Program-made: the position numbers and the translations under genes
Origin: Eubacteriales Family XIII. Incertae Sedis bacterium
GTDB lineage: Bacteria; Bacillota; Clostridia; Peptostreptococcales; Anaerovoracaceae
Length of the DNA: 54,519 nt
Reading direction: 5' to 3'
NCBI GenBank assembly: GCA_031266515.1
Contig: JAISAW010000065.1
Coordinates: 1 to 54,519 of the forward strand
The notes under the pieces: generated by a model
Databases searched by the model: none
What the model was told of the DNA's origin: nothing
The model's input: only the letters and a program-made list of their open reading frames with translations
Shown: positions 27,456-38,460 of the stretch, piece after piece
Layout: each line of letters begins with the position of its first letter
How positions within the stretch are numbered: position 1 is the first letter of the stretch

Positions 27456-29502
27456 CAAGAGAAAAAACAAAGAGAAAGCCGGTTTGCCGGAAATGCAGAG
27501 GCGGATGCTTGTTGCATTTGCCGTCATGCTCATTTTGATCGTAGCCCTGACCATGCGCGTCGGATGGATACAGGTGGTTGCAAACGACAAATATATGACG
27601 CGGGCGGCGGACGGCCGGATAAAGGACGAAGTGGTGGCGCCGGACCGAGGGCGCATACTGGACAGAAACGGGCGCGAATTCGCGGTGAGCTCCACCAAAT
27701 ATGATATTTGGATCCGCATAGAGCTTTATCCGAGCGAGGCCAATAAGGAAGACGGCTGGCTTGAAGGCCAGATCGACCTGGCTGTAAGGGCTGTCGCGAG
27801 GGGCGCGGGCAAAGGCGAGGATGAGCTGAGGGCCCTGCTCGAAAATGGGACTACGCGCGTCAGAGTCGTCAGGAATACAGACAAAGAGCATATGCTTGCG
27901 ATAAGCGCAGCGGCGAAAGAGTTGACTGAAGGCGGGAGCGTCGCCGTCCTTGAAACCGTCGAAAACGACAGCCGTAGCTATCCCCTTGGGACCCTTGCGA
28001 GCAACGTGATAGGCACGGTGAACGGCGACGGCACAGGGCAGAGCGGCGTAGAGCTCTCATACAACAACTATTTGAGCGGCGTCACGGGGCGCAGCATAGT
28101 GAACACCGACGGGAACGGGAACAAAGTCAGCGGCGGCGAGCTTGCAAACTACGAAAGCACCGACGGGCTTTCAGTGATCCTGACAATTGATGAAACCATC
28201 CAGTACTACCTTGAGCAGGCTCTCGCGGAGAGCATGGCTGCAACTGAGTCCGACCGCATGATAGCGATCGTCATGGATCCGAAAACAGGGGATATCCTTG
28301 CGATGGGCACGACTGACAACTACGACCCAAACAACCCCCAGACCCCCCTGACGGAAGAAGGCCAGGCGGCGCTCGCGGCACTTGAAGAGGATGCGAAAAG
28401 CGAATACTTGAGCAACATGTGGAAAAATCCACTGGTGTCTGACGTCTACGACCCCGGCTCAGTGTTCAAGCTCGTGACGGTTTCGTCTGCGATAGAGGTA
28501 GGCTCGGCAAAGCCTGAGGAAGACCACTATTACTGCAGCGGCGGCATTGACGTCTATGACCGTTTCATAAGGTGCTGGGACTATCCGAAATCCCACGGGA
28601 ACCAGACGATTGCCGAAGCGGTCAAAAACTCATGCAACCCCGCTATGATACAGATCGTGCAAAAGATGGGCTTCGAGAACTATTACAGATACCTCGAACT
28701 CTTCGGAATCACAGAGAGCACCGGCGTCAAACTGCCCGGTGAAGCCGAGCCGCTGATCCAGACAAATCCCGGGCCGGTCGGCCTCGCCACGATGTCGTTT
28801 GGGCAGGGGCTTTCCATCACTCCGCTTCAGATGATTACCGCAGTGTCTGCCATAGCGAATGACGGCAAGCTCATGGAACCCCGGATTGCCGTGGGCCTTG
28901 CTGACTCCGACGGCAATGTCGTGGAAAAATTCCCGACGAAGATAAAGAGGCAGGTGCTTTCCGAAGCTACGGCTGCGGAAGTGAGAAGCATCATGGAGTA
29001 TGTAGCCACGAGCGATGGGTCACAGAGCAGATCCGGCCATATAGACGGGTACAACATAGGGATCAAAACCGGCACCACACAGAAGCTGGTGGGCGATACC
29101 TACGAGTCGGGGCAGGTCATCGGGTCAATGGTGCTCGTCGCGCCTATAGAGGATCCGAAGTTCGTTGTCCTCGTGATCGCGGACAATCCGAAAACGACCA
29201 AATACGGCATAGCCGCCGCCGGGCCTGCAACGAACAAAATAGCGACGGAAACCCTCAGATACCTCAATGTCAAGCCGACATATACGGAGGAAGAGCTGCA
29301 GAGCATTGCGAGCAGGGAGAAGGCCGTCCCGGACGTCACCGGCAAACTGTACAGCGAAGCGGCCATCATTTTGGACAATGCAGGGTTCAAAGCCAACGCG
29401 CAAAACGGCGGCGCGGAAGAAGACTATCAAGTGATCGACCAATACCCGAAGCCGGGGAGCAAAGCGATTGTCGGCGGCACGGTATTTCTTTACAGGAGCT
29501 GA
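27433..29502 (+). CDS. Class B penicillin-binding protein (FtsI/PBP2B/SpoVD-like) with a C-terminal PASTA domain
   Basis: Transpeptidase motifs are GSVFK (SxxK), SCN and KTGT. The C-terminus AVPDVTGKLYSEAAIILDNAGF is PASTA-like. Confidence 0.92.
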   Translation: MRLMERVNKRKNKEKAGLPEMQRRMLVAFAVMLILIVALTMRVGWIQVVANDKYMTRAADGRIKDEVVAPDRGRILDRNGREFAVSSTKYDIWIRIELYPSEANKEDGWLEGQIDLAVRAVARGAGKGEDELRALLENGTTRVRVVRNTDKEHMLAISAAAKELTEGGSVAVLETVENDSRSYPLGTLASNVIGTVNGDGTGQSGVELSYNNYLSGVTGRSIVNTDGNGNKVSGGELANYESTDGLSVILTIDETIQYYLEQALAESMAATESDRMIAIVMDPKTGDILAMGTTDNYDPNNPQTPLTEEGQAALAALEEDAKSEYLSNMWKNPLVSDVYDPGSVFKLVTVSSAIEVGSAKPEEDHYYCSGGIDVYDRFIRCWDYPKSHGNQTIAEAVKNSCNPAMIQIVQKMGFENYYRYLELFGITESTGVKLPGEAEPLIQTNPGPVGLATMSFGQGLSITPLQMITAVSAIANDGKLMEPRIAVGLADSDGNVVEKFPTKIKRQVLSEATAAEVRSIMEYVATSDGSQSRSGHIDGYNIGIKTGTTQKLVGDTYESGQVIGSMVLVAPIEDPKFVVLVIADNPKTTKYGIAAAGPATNKIATETLRYLNVKPTYTEEELQSIASREKAVPDVTGKLYSEAAIILDNAGFKANAQNGGAEEDYQVIDQYPKPGSKAIVGGTVFLYRS

Positions 29503-29517
29503 CGGCTGGCGGATGGG

Positions 29518-30939
29518 ATGACTATGAAAAAACTGTTTGCAAGAGAGATAGAAAAGGCCGTAGGCGGGACGTTGAAAGCAAGAGGGCATGTCCCCACCGA
29601 CACTTTGTCCGTGAGCGGGGCCTCGACGGATTCCCGCGTACTGAACGCCGACGAAGTTTTTTTCGCGCTTACTTCGGGGGACGAAGACGGGCACAGGTTC
29701 ATTTCCGATGCGGCGAAAAAGGGCGCGGCGCTGTTTGTCATATCCGACGAAAGCGCCTTGGATGAGGGTTTCAAAGGGGCTTTCATCCTGGTCGAAGATA
29801 CACTGAGGGCCTATCAGGACCTGGCTGCGTACTACCGTGGCGTGGTAGACCCCGTCATAGTGGCGGTCACGGGCAGCGTAGGCAAGACCACTCTGAAAGA
29901 CATGGTGGCCCATATAGCGGGGACCGTGTACACCACCTCATATACGGAAGGGAATTTCAACAACCAGATAGGGGTCCCAAAGACGATACTCGCGATGCCG
30001 GAGGACACGGAGATCCTCGTCCTCGAGATGGGGATGAGCGCCCCCGGGGAAATAAAGAGGCTTGCCGATATAGCAAGGCCGGAAATAGGCGTCATCACCA
30101 ATGTCGGGCTTTCCCACAGAGAGTTTTTTGACAGCGACGATGGCATCCTGAAGGAAAAAATGGATATAGCCGCGTTTTTCGGAGAGGACAACATCCTTGT
30201 GGTCGGTGGGGACGACAGGGATACCGTGGCTTTCGCAGGGGAAATGGCCGACAATGCAGGCTTCAGGCTTATCACTGTGGCTACCGGGCACTCCGATGCC
30301 GCATATGGTGACTATCAGGTGAGGCCGCCGCATTACGATGCAGACGGGCGCATCTCTTTTACAGTGGAAAATGAAGAGGAGACCGAGCGGTTTATCCTCG
30401 CTACCCCCGGCGGCCATGTGCCTTTGTCTGTGGGGCTTGCCGCAGCGGCGTCTGCCTGTATCGACATAGAGCTCAATGCGGCTGCGCTGGCGCTCAGGGA
30501 CATGAAGTCCGCTGCACACAGGATGCAGCCGATCCAAAGCGGGGCTGGCCTGATCATCGATGATACGTACAACGCCAGCCCGGCGAGCATGAAAAACGGC
30601 CTTGCCTATCTCGCGGAAGTCGCGGGGGGCAGGCGAAGCATCGCAGTGCTTGCCGATATGAACGAGCTTGGCGACAGGTCGCCGGATCTGCATTCGGAAA
30701 TCGGCAGGTTTGCTGCCGGGCTCGGCGTGGATCTCGTCGTCACTTACGGAAGCAAGGCCATCTCCATCGCCGATGGGGCAGAGCAGACGCCGGGCGGCAC
30801 GAAAGCCATGAGGTTTACCGACAAGACGGGGCTGATAAAGTACTTGCGGGAGACCAGGAAAGAAAACGATGTGATTTTCGTAAAAGGTTCCAACTCGCTG
30901 AAGATGTACGAAGTAGTGAGAGCCCTGCTTCAGGGATAA
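29518..30939 (+). CDS. murF: UDP-N-acetylmuramoyl-tripeptide--D-alanyl-D-alanine ligase
   Basis: [26 protein letters not shown] and [10 protein letters not shown] are present. Confidence 0.9.
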   Translation: MTMKKLFAREIEKAVGGTLKARGHVPTDTLSVSGASTDSRVLNADEVFFALTSGDEDGHRFISDAAKKGAALFVISDESALDEGFKGAFILVEDTLRAYQDLAAYYRGVVDPVIVAVTGSVGKTTLKDMVAHIAGTVYTTSYTEGNFNNQIGVPKTILAMPEDTEILVLEMGMSAPGEIKRLADIARPEIGVITNVGLSHREFFDSDDGILKEKMDIAAFFGEDNILVVGGDDRDTVAFAGEMADNAGFRLITVATGHSDAAYGDYQVRPPHYDADGRISFTVENEEETERFILATPGGHVPLSVGLAAAASACIDIELNAAALALRDMKSAAHRMQPIQSGAGLIIDDTYNASPASMKNGLAYLAEVAGGRRSIAVLADMNELGDRSPDLHSEIGRFAAGLGVDLVVTYGSKAISIADGAEQTPGGTKAMRFTDKTGLIKYLRETRKENDVIFVKGSNSLKMYEVVRALLQG

Positions 30940-30958
30940 AGGAAACGGGAAAACGGCC

Positions 30959-32011
30959 ATGGGCATGAGTATAGAATCAAATTTGGCATTGGCGATCATA
31001 CTTCCCTTCGGGGTCGCTTTTGCTGTGACTGCCATTGCCACGGCCCTGCTCATCCCCGCTCTGGTGCGCTTCAAAAACACCCAGCCTATATATGAGGACG
31101 CCCCTGAGCAGCATCAGAAAAAAAGAGGGACACCTACGATGGGAGGGATCGCCCTGGTCTTTGGCATAGTAGCAGGCACCGTCTGTATCATGGCTATGCA
31201 GGGCATACAGGCTGACCTGATGATATGCCTGTCGGTCACCCTGGCGTTTGCGCTGCTCGGCTTCGTCGACGACTATCAAAAAATCGCGAATAAGCGAAAC
31301 ATGGGGTTCCGCGCGCGCCACAAGCTGCTTCTGCAGGTGCTCATAGCCCTTATCATGGCTCTGTATTTCGTGCTGACGACAGAAAACGGGACGACGATCA
31401 TCATCCCCTTTGCGTGGAAAAACGCAGACCTTGGCTACGGGATGATCGTCTACATAGTGTTCATCACCGTGGCGATGGTCAATGCTGTCAATTTGACAGA
31501 CGGCCTTGACGGCCTTGCTTCATCGGTCAGCGCGACGATCGCCTTGTTTTACCCCGTCTTCGTTTTTTTGAGTTTTCAGTTGACCGTGATGAAGATGGAT
31601 GCGTCCATGGTCGGCATTGACAGGAGAGACCTGGCCGATGCGCTGTTTTTCGCGGCGGTAGGCGGTGCCTGCCTCGGCTTCCTCATATTCAACCGCCATC
31701 CGGCGAAGATATTCATGGGGGACACAGGCTCTCTCGCCCTGGGCGGAGGGCTTGCCACGGCGGCGATTTTTACGAGGACTGAATTGCTGCTTCCGATAGC
31801 CGGGGCCATATTCGTGATGGAAGCATTGTCGGATATACTGCAGGTGGGCAGCTATAAGCTGAGGCACGGCAAGAGGATATTCAGGATGGCGCCGCTGCAC
31901 CATCATTTCGAATTGGGGGGCTGGAGTGAAGTGAAAGTGGTGGGCGTCTTTGCGGCGGTCACCATCCTGCTCTGCGGCGGGGCCTCCGTTGCGATGCTCG
32001 CACAGATGTAG
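30959..32011 (+). CDS. mraY: Phospho-N-acetylmuramoyl-pentapeptide transferase
   Basis: [21 protein letters not shown] and APLHHHFE are present. Confidence 0.96.
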   Translation: MGMSIESNLALAIILPFGVAFAVTAIATALLIPALVRFKNTQPIYEDAPEQHQKKRGTPTMGGIALVFGIVAGTVCIMAMQGIQADLMICLSVTLAFALLGFVDDYQKIANKRNMGFRARHKLLLQVLIALIMALYFVLTTENGTTIIIPFAWKNADLGYGMIVYIVFITVAMVNAVNLTDGLDGLASSVSATIALFYPVFVFLSFQLTVMKMDASMVGIDRRDLADALFFAAVGGACLGFLIFNRHPAKIFMGDTGSLALGGGLATAAIFTRTELLLPIAGAIFVMEALSDILQVGSYKLRHGKRIFRMAPLHHHFELGGWSEVKVVGVFAAVTILLCGGASVAMLAQM

Positions 32012-32085
32012 GGGGATGGGTATAGTTATAAATCAGGACAAGTCCTTAATGAATGGGATGGATTAATGGTGTCAGGAGAAGATTT

Positions 32086-33471
32086 ATGTTTGAAGTAAGA
32101 GGAAAAAAGGTGCTTGTGATGGGGCTGGGGCTTTCGGGAAAGGCTGCCTATGACGCGCTTGTGAGTGCGGGCGCTTCGCCTGCTGTTTACGACAGCCGCG
32201 ACATAGAGTGGGAGGATCCCAGGTTTTTTAAGAGGGTCTCAAACATCGGGAGCGATACTTACCTCAACGGCAGGAATCCGGGCGGAGGCAAGTGGGACAT
32301 GGTGGTCATGTCTCCGGGCGTGCCTCCCTCCGACCCTGTGGCAAAGAAGGCTGCCGCTTCAGGTGCCCGTGTGGTCGGGGAGCTGGAGCTTGCCTACCTT
32401 ATGGGCAAGGGGGCGTTCATCGCCATCACAGGGACCAACGGCAAGACGACCACTACGGCCTTGACAGGAGACATCTTCAAACGCTCCGGCAGACGCGCCG
32501 AAATCGTTGGGAACATAGGCAAGCCTGTTATCACAAAGGCCCTCAAGGCGGACGACGATACCTGGCTCGTGACGGAAGTGAGCAGTTTCCAGCTCGAAAC
32601 GGCACCCCGGTTCCGCCCGAAGATAGCCGCTTTTTTGAACCTCACCCCGGACCATATGGACAGGCACAGGACCATGAAAGCGTATCTGGCGGCAAAAGCG
32701 AATATCACTGCCAATCAGAAGAGAAATGACTTTTTCGTGTACAACGCGGATGACCCCGCAGTAGTGAAAGTCGCAGAAGGCAGCGGGGCTTCGCTGATAC
32801 CGTTCAGCAGCAGCAGGGAACTTCGCAAGGGGATTTTTGTAAGAGGCGGAGAGATAGTCATTGCTGACCGCAAAGGCAAGCGTAGCTCCCTTCTCGGTGC
32901 ATCCGAAGTGCGCATACCGGGCACCCACAACCTCGAAAACGCGCTGGCCGCCGCAGGCATCGGATTTGCCGCAGGCATCGACGCCTCTGCCATAGCCAAA
33001 AGCCTGAGGCTGTTCAAAGGCGTGGAGCACAGGCTTGAGCTAGTGGGTTCCATAGAGGGTGTCCGTTTCGTAAATGACAGCAAAGGCACGAACCCAGACG
33101 CATCCATCAAGGCGCTGGAGGCCATGGGGGAAAGCATCATCCTCATAGCCGGCGGCTATGACAAGAACGCCAGGTTTGACGCTTTGATGGCTGTCGCAAA
33201 AGGAAGGGTGAAAAGGCTGCTCCTTCTCGGCGCGACGGCGGAAAAGATGAGAGCCGCCGCAGTGAAGGCAGGTATCGAAAATATAGATGTGGTGCGAAAC
33301 ATGGGCGAGGCTGTGAGGCTCGGTTTTGAAAACTCGAGGGATGGGGATACCATCCTGCTTTCCCCGGCCTGCGCCAGTTGGGATATGTACGCGAATTTCG
33401 AAGAGAGAGGCAAGGATTTCAAGAAGAGGGTGGAGGAGCTGCGAGGAGCGGACCGTGATAAAGATCGGTAG
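32086..33471 (+). CDS. murD: UDP-N-acetylmuramoylalanine--D-glutamate ligase
   Basis: VLVMGLGLSGKA and ITGTNGKTTT are present. ATG 32086 lies 6 nt after AGGAGA; the ORF track starts at 32053. Confidence 0.93.
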   Translation: MFEVRGKKVLVMGLGLSGKAAYDALVSAGASPAVYDSRDIEWEDPRFFKRVSNIGSDTYLNGRNPGGGKWDMVVMSPGVPPSDPVAKKAAASGARVVGELELAYLMGKGAFIAITGTNGKTTTTALTGDIFKRSGRRAEIVGNIGKPVITKALKADDDTWLVTEVSSFQLETAPRFRPKIAAFLNLTPDHMDRHRTMKAYLAAKANITANQKRNDFFVYNADDPAVVKVAEGSGASLIPFSSSRELRKGIFVRGGEIVIADRKGKRSSLLGASEVRIPGTHNLENALAAAGIGFAAGIDASAIAKSLRLFKGVEHRLELVGSIEGVRFVNDSKGTNPDASIKALEAMGESIILIAGGYDKNARFDALMAVAKGRVKRLLLLGATAEKMRAAAVKAGIENIDVVRNMGEAVRLGFENSRDGDTILLSPACASWDMYANFEERGKDFKKRVEELRGADRDKDR

Positions 33472-34627
33472 ATGGAGGATAGACGCGATACTGTTGATCA
33501 CAGTGACCATACTGGTCATCTTCGGGGTGGTCATGATTTTCAGCGCGAGCTACTACGGCACGATCGACAACGAGAAAGGGCCGTATCCATTTCTTCTGAA
33601 GGCGGGGTTCTGGTCCGCCGTCGGGTATGCCCTGATGATTGTCGTCGCGATTGTCCCAAAGGACAGGATCCGCGCTCTCGCGCCGTTGCTCATGATAGCG
33701 GCTTTGGTATGCCTCGTCCTGGTCTTCACCCCGCTCGGGGTCAACATCAACGGTGCGAACCGCTGGATAGGCGTAGGCAGCCACACATTCATGCCAGGGG
33801 AATTGGTGAAACCCGCACTCATCCTTTGCTTTGCGCACTATTACAGCATACATGTGAAAGACGTGAGATCCTTCGGCAAGGGGTTTGCCACTCCCGCCGT
33901 CATCGTTACGGTGGTCTTCGTGCTCATCTACAAGCAGCCGAACCTCTCCACGGCGGGCATCATCGCCATCACGGCTGTCGTGCTGATGTTTATCGCAGGC
34001 GTCAAGCCGGTGTATCTTTTCGGGTTTTGCCTTTTTGGTGCCGCCGGGATAGCTTACAAGGTGTTCTCGTCAGGGGGGGAGCATATGAGCCGCATCATGG
34101 CCCTTCTCGACCCCTTTGCGGACGCGCAGGGCGAATCCTACCAGGTGGTACAGGGCTTGCTCGCGCTCGGCAGCGGAGGGCTCAAAGGCGTCGGGCTTGG
34201 CGGCAGCGTACAGAAAGCCCTCTGGCTGCCTGAGGCGAACAACGATTTCATATTCGCGATCATAGGCGAAGAGACAGGGTTCATAGGCTGCCTGTTTTTG
34301 ATAGCCGCTTTTACAGTGCTCATATGGAGGTGTGCGCTCATCACGATGAGGGCCAGGGACAGATACTCGATGCTCGTCGGGGCGGGCGTCACGACGCTGT
34401 TTTCGCTTCAGATCATACTCAATATCGCGGTGGTGACATCCGTGTTTCCGCCCACCGGGGTCATACTGCCTTTCATAAGCTACGGCGGAAACGCTATGGT
34501 GTTTTTCTTGTTTATGATGGGAGTGATGCTCAGGCTGTCGGATACCGACCCCGTGAAGAAAAAGACGAAGAAGAAAAAACGCAAAGGCGGACCGCGCAAG
34601 GCTCGTGGCATGGAGGAAGCGGCATGA
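33455..34627 (+). CDS. ftsW: SEDS-family cell division protein FtsW/SpoVE
   Basis: A polytopic protein with PGELVKPAL and GVILPFISYGGNAM. GTG 33455 follows GAGGAG and overlaps the murD end; the upstream part of ORF 33326 is murD read in another frame. Confidence 0.9.
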   Translation: MIKIGRWRIDAILLITVTILVIFGVVMIFSASYYGTIDNEKGPYPFLLKAGFWSAVGYALMIVVAIVPKDRIRALAPLLMIAALVCLVLVFTPLGVNINGANRWIGVGSHTFMPGELVKPALILCFAHYYSIHVKDVRSFGKGFATPAVIVTVVFVLIYKQPNLSTAGIIAITAVVLMFIAGVKPVYLFGFCLFGAAGIAYKVFSSGGEHMSRIMALLDPFADAQGESYQVVQGLLALGSGGLKGVGLGGSVQKALWLPEANNDFIFAIIGEETGFIGCLFLIAAFTVLIWRCALITMRARDRYSMLVGAGVTTLFSLQIILNIAVVTSVFPPTGVILPFISYGGNAMVFFLFMMGVMLRLSDTDPVKKKTKKKKRKGGPRKARGMEEAA

Positions 34628-35721
34628 GGGTCCTTTTGGCGAGCAGCGCCACCGGCGGCCATATCTACCCGGCCCTTGCCATCGCCGACAGGATAAGGCG
34701 GCGCGACAAGTCGGCTGAGATACTTTTCGTGACTGCGAAAAAGGAAGTGAAGCTCGGCATCATTGAGAGGGCGGGATTCCGGCAGACATCCATCAACATC
34801 AGGGGTTTTTATAGAAAGAGCCTGCTGAAGAATATCGCGACGATCAGCGACCTGGTGATGTCGTCGGCCCAGGTCAGATGGATTTTTGACGATTTCAGGC
34901 CGGATATAGTCATAGGCACGGGAGGCTACGTCTGCGGGCCTGTGATAAGGCTGGCGAAAAAGATGGGCATACGCGCCTATCTGCATGAGCAGAATGTGCT
35001 CCCAGGGCTGGCAAACAGGCTGGCGGAGAGGTATGCGGACAAGGTCTTCGTGGCCTTCGAGGAGTCAGTGCCCCATTTCAAGGATCCGTCAAAAGTCATC
35101 GTGAGCGGGAACCCTGTAAGGGACGCCTTTCTCAAAACAGACAAGGAGCTTGCGAAGGAAGGCCTGGGGATGCCTGCGGACCGCAAATCTGTATTGATCT
35201 TTGGCGGCAGCCAGGGCGCTGACGCGCTGAACGCCGCCGCTGTCGAGACCGTGGATATTCTCGGCGCTTCTCCGGGCTACTGCTTTTCCGTCATCACCGG
35301 CAAGAGGTCGTATGCCGGGACAGAAGAGCAAATATCCCTTCTGGGCGATGAAAAGACGGCCTTCACGAAAGTGATCGACTATACGGAATCAATCTATAGA
35401 TACATGGCGGCGGCGGACATCATAGTGTCCAGGGCCGGTGCCCTCACCGTGGCTGAGATAGGGGTGCTGGGCCGGGCTTCGATATTGATCCCTTCCCCGA
35501 ACGTCACTGGAAACCACCAATACTACAACGCGCTCACACTATCTGACAGGGGCGCTGCGGTACTGATGGACGAAAAAAATATCGCAGGCGGCGGGCTCGC
35601 GGCGGAAATCAAAAAGCTTGTGGAGGCTGAAGGGAAGTTGACGGAAATGGGCAGGCTCGCGGCTCAGTACGCCGTGAGGGATGCAGCCGACAGGATATTC
35701 GATGCGATTTACGAAAAATAA
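34624..35721 (+). CDS. murG: UDP-N-acetylglucosamine--LPS/lipid I N-acetylglucosamine transferase MurG
   Basis: MRVLLASSATGGHIYPALAIA and FGGSQGA are present. ATG 34624 overlaps the ftsW stop (ATGA). Confidence 0.94.
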   Translation: MRVLLASSATGGHIYPALAIADRIRRRDKSAEILFVTAKKEVKLGIIERAGFRQTSINIRGFYRKSLLKNIATISDLVMSSAQVRWIFDDFRPDIVIGTGGYVCGPVIRLAKKMGIRAYLHEQNVLPGLANRLAERYADKVFVAFEESVPHFKDPSKVIVSGNPVRDAFLKTDKELAKEGLGMPADRKSVLIFGGSQGADALNAAAVETVDILGASPGYCFSVITGKRSYAGTEEQISLLGDEKTAFTKVIDYTESIYRYMAAADIIVSRAGALTVAEIGVLGRASILIPSPNVTGNHQYYNALTLSDRGAAVLMDEKNIAGGGLAAEIKKLVEAEGKLTEMGRLAAQYAVRDAADRIFDAIYEK

Positions 35722-36883
35722 AGGCAAAAAGAAAAAAGGGAAAAAAAGATCCTACGGCCTTGCAGGCGACATCTCGTCGTCTCATCCGGCGCGCCGCAGG
35801 AGCCGCATCGGCCTCGGCGAGTACGACGAAAACGAAGGCTTGTATGAGGATGGCCGTGAAGGCGAGGGCTATGCGGGCGGCGCATACAGCGCCCACTCCG
35901 GCTACAGGTATTCGCATGAGGACCAGGACGAAAGCCGCGAGGGCGCTGAAGACAGGTTTGGGATAGGCGACATCATCGCGGACGACCTGGAATATTACAT
36001 CGGATCCGAAGATGTGAGCGAGACCAGGAGGTTTGCCGGGGACAAAGGCTACGGCGGCGATTATTATTATGAAGACGGCGAAGACGATGATTACTATGAC
36101 GATGGCTACGATTACGACGACGAAGACTATGACGACGGCGATGGCTACGGATCCAGGCCGAAGAAGAAGAGAAAGAAAAAACACTACATCCTGAAAACCC
36201 TTGTGGCGGGCCTGGTGGCTTTCGGGCTGTACAAGGCCGCGATGACAAGCTATTTCGATATAGACAACATCACGGTGACAGGCAATTCCCGCTTTACAGC
36301 CGAACAGGTGATAGAAGCATCCGGCATAAGGAAAGGCGGCAATCTCTTCAAAGCGAAGACCTTTGGGGGAGAGAAAGCCTTGAAAAAGGACCCTTACGTG
36401 AAGGATGCTGATATCAGCCGTAAGCTGCCGGGGACCATAGAGATAACGGTTGAAGAGCGAAGCGAGGATTTGAGCCTTGGCTACAAGGAAAAAAATGTCG
36501 TGATATCCGCGGACAGGGTGGTGCTCAGGGTGACTGAGGACGCGGTCTCCATCCCCGTGGCCGAGGGCTTGACGCTCGAAGGCCCCAAGGTGGGCGAGGT
36601 GGTCAGCGTCAAAGAGGACAAGCTGTTCCGGGAAACCCTGGAGTTGGTCCAGAACGTAGCCACGCAGGATTTCTATTTCAAAAAGATCGATGTCAGCAAA
36701 AGCGGGATGAAGGGTTATGTGCTCGACACCCTGACGGTGACGGGAAGCATGGGAGAGATCAAGAAGGAGATGAAATCCGTGAGGGCTGTCGTATACGACC
36801 TGCTTGCAAAGGGTGTGATGCGGGGGCAGGTCATCGTCGCGAAGGACGGCACATGTTCGTTCAGGCCGGAGATCAGCGGGTAA
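35681..36883 (+). CDS. ftsQ: Cell division protein FtsQ/DivIB (POTRA) with a long acidic Tyr/Asp/Gly-rich cytoplasmic N-terminus
   Basis: The TM segment ILKTLVAGLVAFGLY is followed by POTRA IDNITVTGNSRFTAEQV. An alternative start is ATG 35702. Confidence 0.85.
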   Translation: MQPTGYSMRFTKNKGKKKKGKKRSYGLAGDISSSHPARRRSRIGLGEYDENEGLYEDGREGEGYAGGAYSAHSGYRYSHEDQDESREGAEDRFGIGDIIADDLEYYIGSEDVSETRRFAGDKGYGGDYYYEDGEDDDYYDDGYDYDDEDYDDGDGYGSRPKKKRKKKHYILKTLVAGLVAFGLYKAAMTSYFDIDNITVTGNSRFTAEQVIEASGIRKGGNLFKAKTFGGEKALKKDPYVKDADISRKLPGTIEITVEERSEDLSLGYKEKNVVISADRVVLRVTEDAVSIPVAEGLTLEGPKVGEVVSVKEDKLFRETLELVQNVATQDFYFKKIDVSKSGMKGYVLDTLTVTGSMGEIKKEMKSVRAVVYDLLAKGVMRGQVIVAKDGTCSFRPEISG

Positions 36884-37071
36884 ATAGTCACAATGGTCGT
36901 AACTATTCAGCCATGCGCCGGATTTTTTTTCGAAGAGTACGTGCTTTTGAACAGGTTCCGCGCGGAGCGTACCTGGCGGTACGTGAGCACGGGTTCTGTT
37001 CGAAAGTGTGTGCTATTCGGAAAAAAGGCAAGTCAAGTATGGTTGAATAGTCACCAAATGATATGGGTGTG

Positions 37072-37098
37072 TTGCAATTTCAAGTATTATGTTATACT
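37072..37098 (+). promoter_or_regulatory. Candidate ftsZ promoter
   Basis: TTGCAA (37072-77), a short 15-nt spacer, then TGtTATACT extended -10 (37090-98). AAGGAGG at 37117-23 precedes ATG 37133. Confidence 0.4.
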
Positions 37099-37132
37099 CA
37101 CAACAGCTATGTGCCAAGGAGGAATGTAAAAT

Positions 37133-38392
37133 ATGTCGCATAATGGTATCCTTTTCGGAAAAAATGAACGCAGCAGCGCAAATATAGTGGTGGTAGGCGT
37201 CGGCGGTGCCGGCGGCAATGCTGTTAATAGAATGATAGAGTCTGGCGTCAAGGGCGTCCAGTATGTCGTCGTCAATACGGACAAGCAGGACCTGGAGAAG
37301 TCCAACGCGGAGATCAGGATAGCAATAGGCGAAAAGGTCACCGGAGGCCTGGGTGCCGGAGGGAACCCTGAAATAGGGCTTCTCGCAGCCCAGGAAAACC
37401 AGCAGGAGATCGACAACGCGATACGTGGCGCCGATATGCTGTTCATCACTGCGGGGATGGGTGGCGGCACCGGTACAGGCGCGGCGCCTGTCGTGGCAAA
37501 GATAGCTCAGGAGCTGGGCATCCTCACTATCGGCATCGTCACAAGGCCGTTTTCGTTCGAAGGCAAAAAGAGGAAGATATACGCCGACCAGGGCGAAGCA
37601 TATATGAAGCAGTACGTGGATTCGCTGGTCGTGATACCAAACGACAAACTGCTTCTCCTCAGCAATGAGAAAACCACTATGATCGAGGCCTTCAACATGG
37701 CTGACGAAGTCCTGAAGGACGGCGTACAGGGCATAGCCGAGATCATAACGGGCGCGGGCTTCATCAATGTCGATTTCGCGGATGTGAAGTCGGTGATGGC
37801 TGGCCAGGGCATAGCCCACATGGGCATAGGGCGCGGCTCCGGCGAGAAGAGGGTAAAGGACGCGGTGAAGACTGCGATACACAGTCCGCTGCTCGATACG
37901 ACAGTGGCCGGTGCCCAGCATATACTCCTGAGGATAGCCGGCAACTCAAACCTGGGAATGCTGGAATTCTCGGAAGCCGCCGATATCATAGAACAGGAAG
38001 CCTCTCCGGACGCCGATGTCCGCATAGGCATGACCATAGACGAATCCCTCGGGGACGAGATAGTGATAACAGTCATCGCTACGGGCTTTGACGGCTCCAC
38101 CGTAAGGACGCCAGGTGCCGTCCTGACCGTGGGCGACGCGATCCCGAACAAGAGCGCGAAGGCCGGCCTCAAAGGCCAGCGCGATATGTCAATTTCATTT
38201 GAAAACACTGCAAGCGGCCAGGACGAGCCGGAGATACCGGATCTTGACGCAGACGAAGAGGGACTGCCCGATGACGAAGAATACACCGAATATACGTCGA
38301 TGGGCGAGGACGACGACCTTTTCTCTTCTTCCGATTCGAGAGAGGAAGCCTCCAGGTTTGATATACCGGTATTCCTGAAGAAGGGTGATTAG
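37133..38392 (+). CDS. ftsZ: Cell division GTPase FtsZ
   Basis: GVGGAGGNAVNRM and GGGTGTGAAPVVA form the tubulin signature. An acidic linker is followed by the C-terminal peptide DIPVFLKK. Confidence 0.97.
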   Translation: MSHNGILFGKNERSSANIVVVGVGGAGGNAVNRMIESGVKGVQYVVVNTDKQDLEKSNAEIRIAIGEKVTGGLGAGGNPEIGLLAAQENQQEIDNAIRGADMLFITAGMGGGTGTGAAPVVAKIAQELGILTIGIVTRPFSFEGKKRKIYADQGEAYMKQYVDSLVVIPNDKLLLLSNEKTTMIEAFNMADEVLKDGVQGIAEIITGAGFINVDFADVKSVMAGQGIAHMGIGRGSGEKRVKDAVKTAIHSPLLDTTVAGAQHILLRIAGNSNLGMLEFSEAADIIEQEASPDADVRIGMTIDESLGDEIVITVIATGFDGSTVRTPGAVLTVGDAIPNKSAKAGLKGQRDMSISFENTASGQDEPEIPDLDADEEGLPDDEEYTEYTSMGEDDDLFSSSDSREEASRFDIPVFLKKGD

Positions 38393-38430
38393 GCTTTCAC
38401 GGGTTAGTCTCATTGTCTCCTTTTTTTATA

Positions 38431-38460
38431 AAAAGCCGGGTGGTAGCAGCCCGGCTTTTT
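38431..38460 (+). terminator. Rho-independent terminator after ftsZ
   Basis: AGCCGGG (38434-40) pairs with CCCGGCT (38450-56) over a 9-nt loop. It is flanked by an A-run upstream and TTTTT downstream. Confidence 0.8.

Noticed and set aside
29938-31080. A 380-aa minus-strand ORF antisense to murF/mraY, together with similar antisense ORFs at 27124..27891, 29125..29913, 37013..37921, 45797..46471 and 48443..49375
   Set aside because: All lie antisense to genes with strong family signatures and have biased composition. They are treated as GC-driven spurious ORFs.
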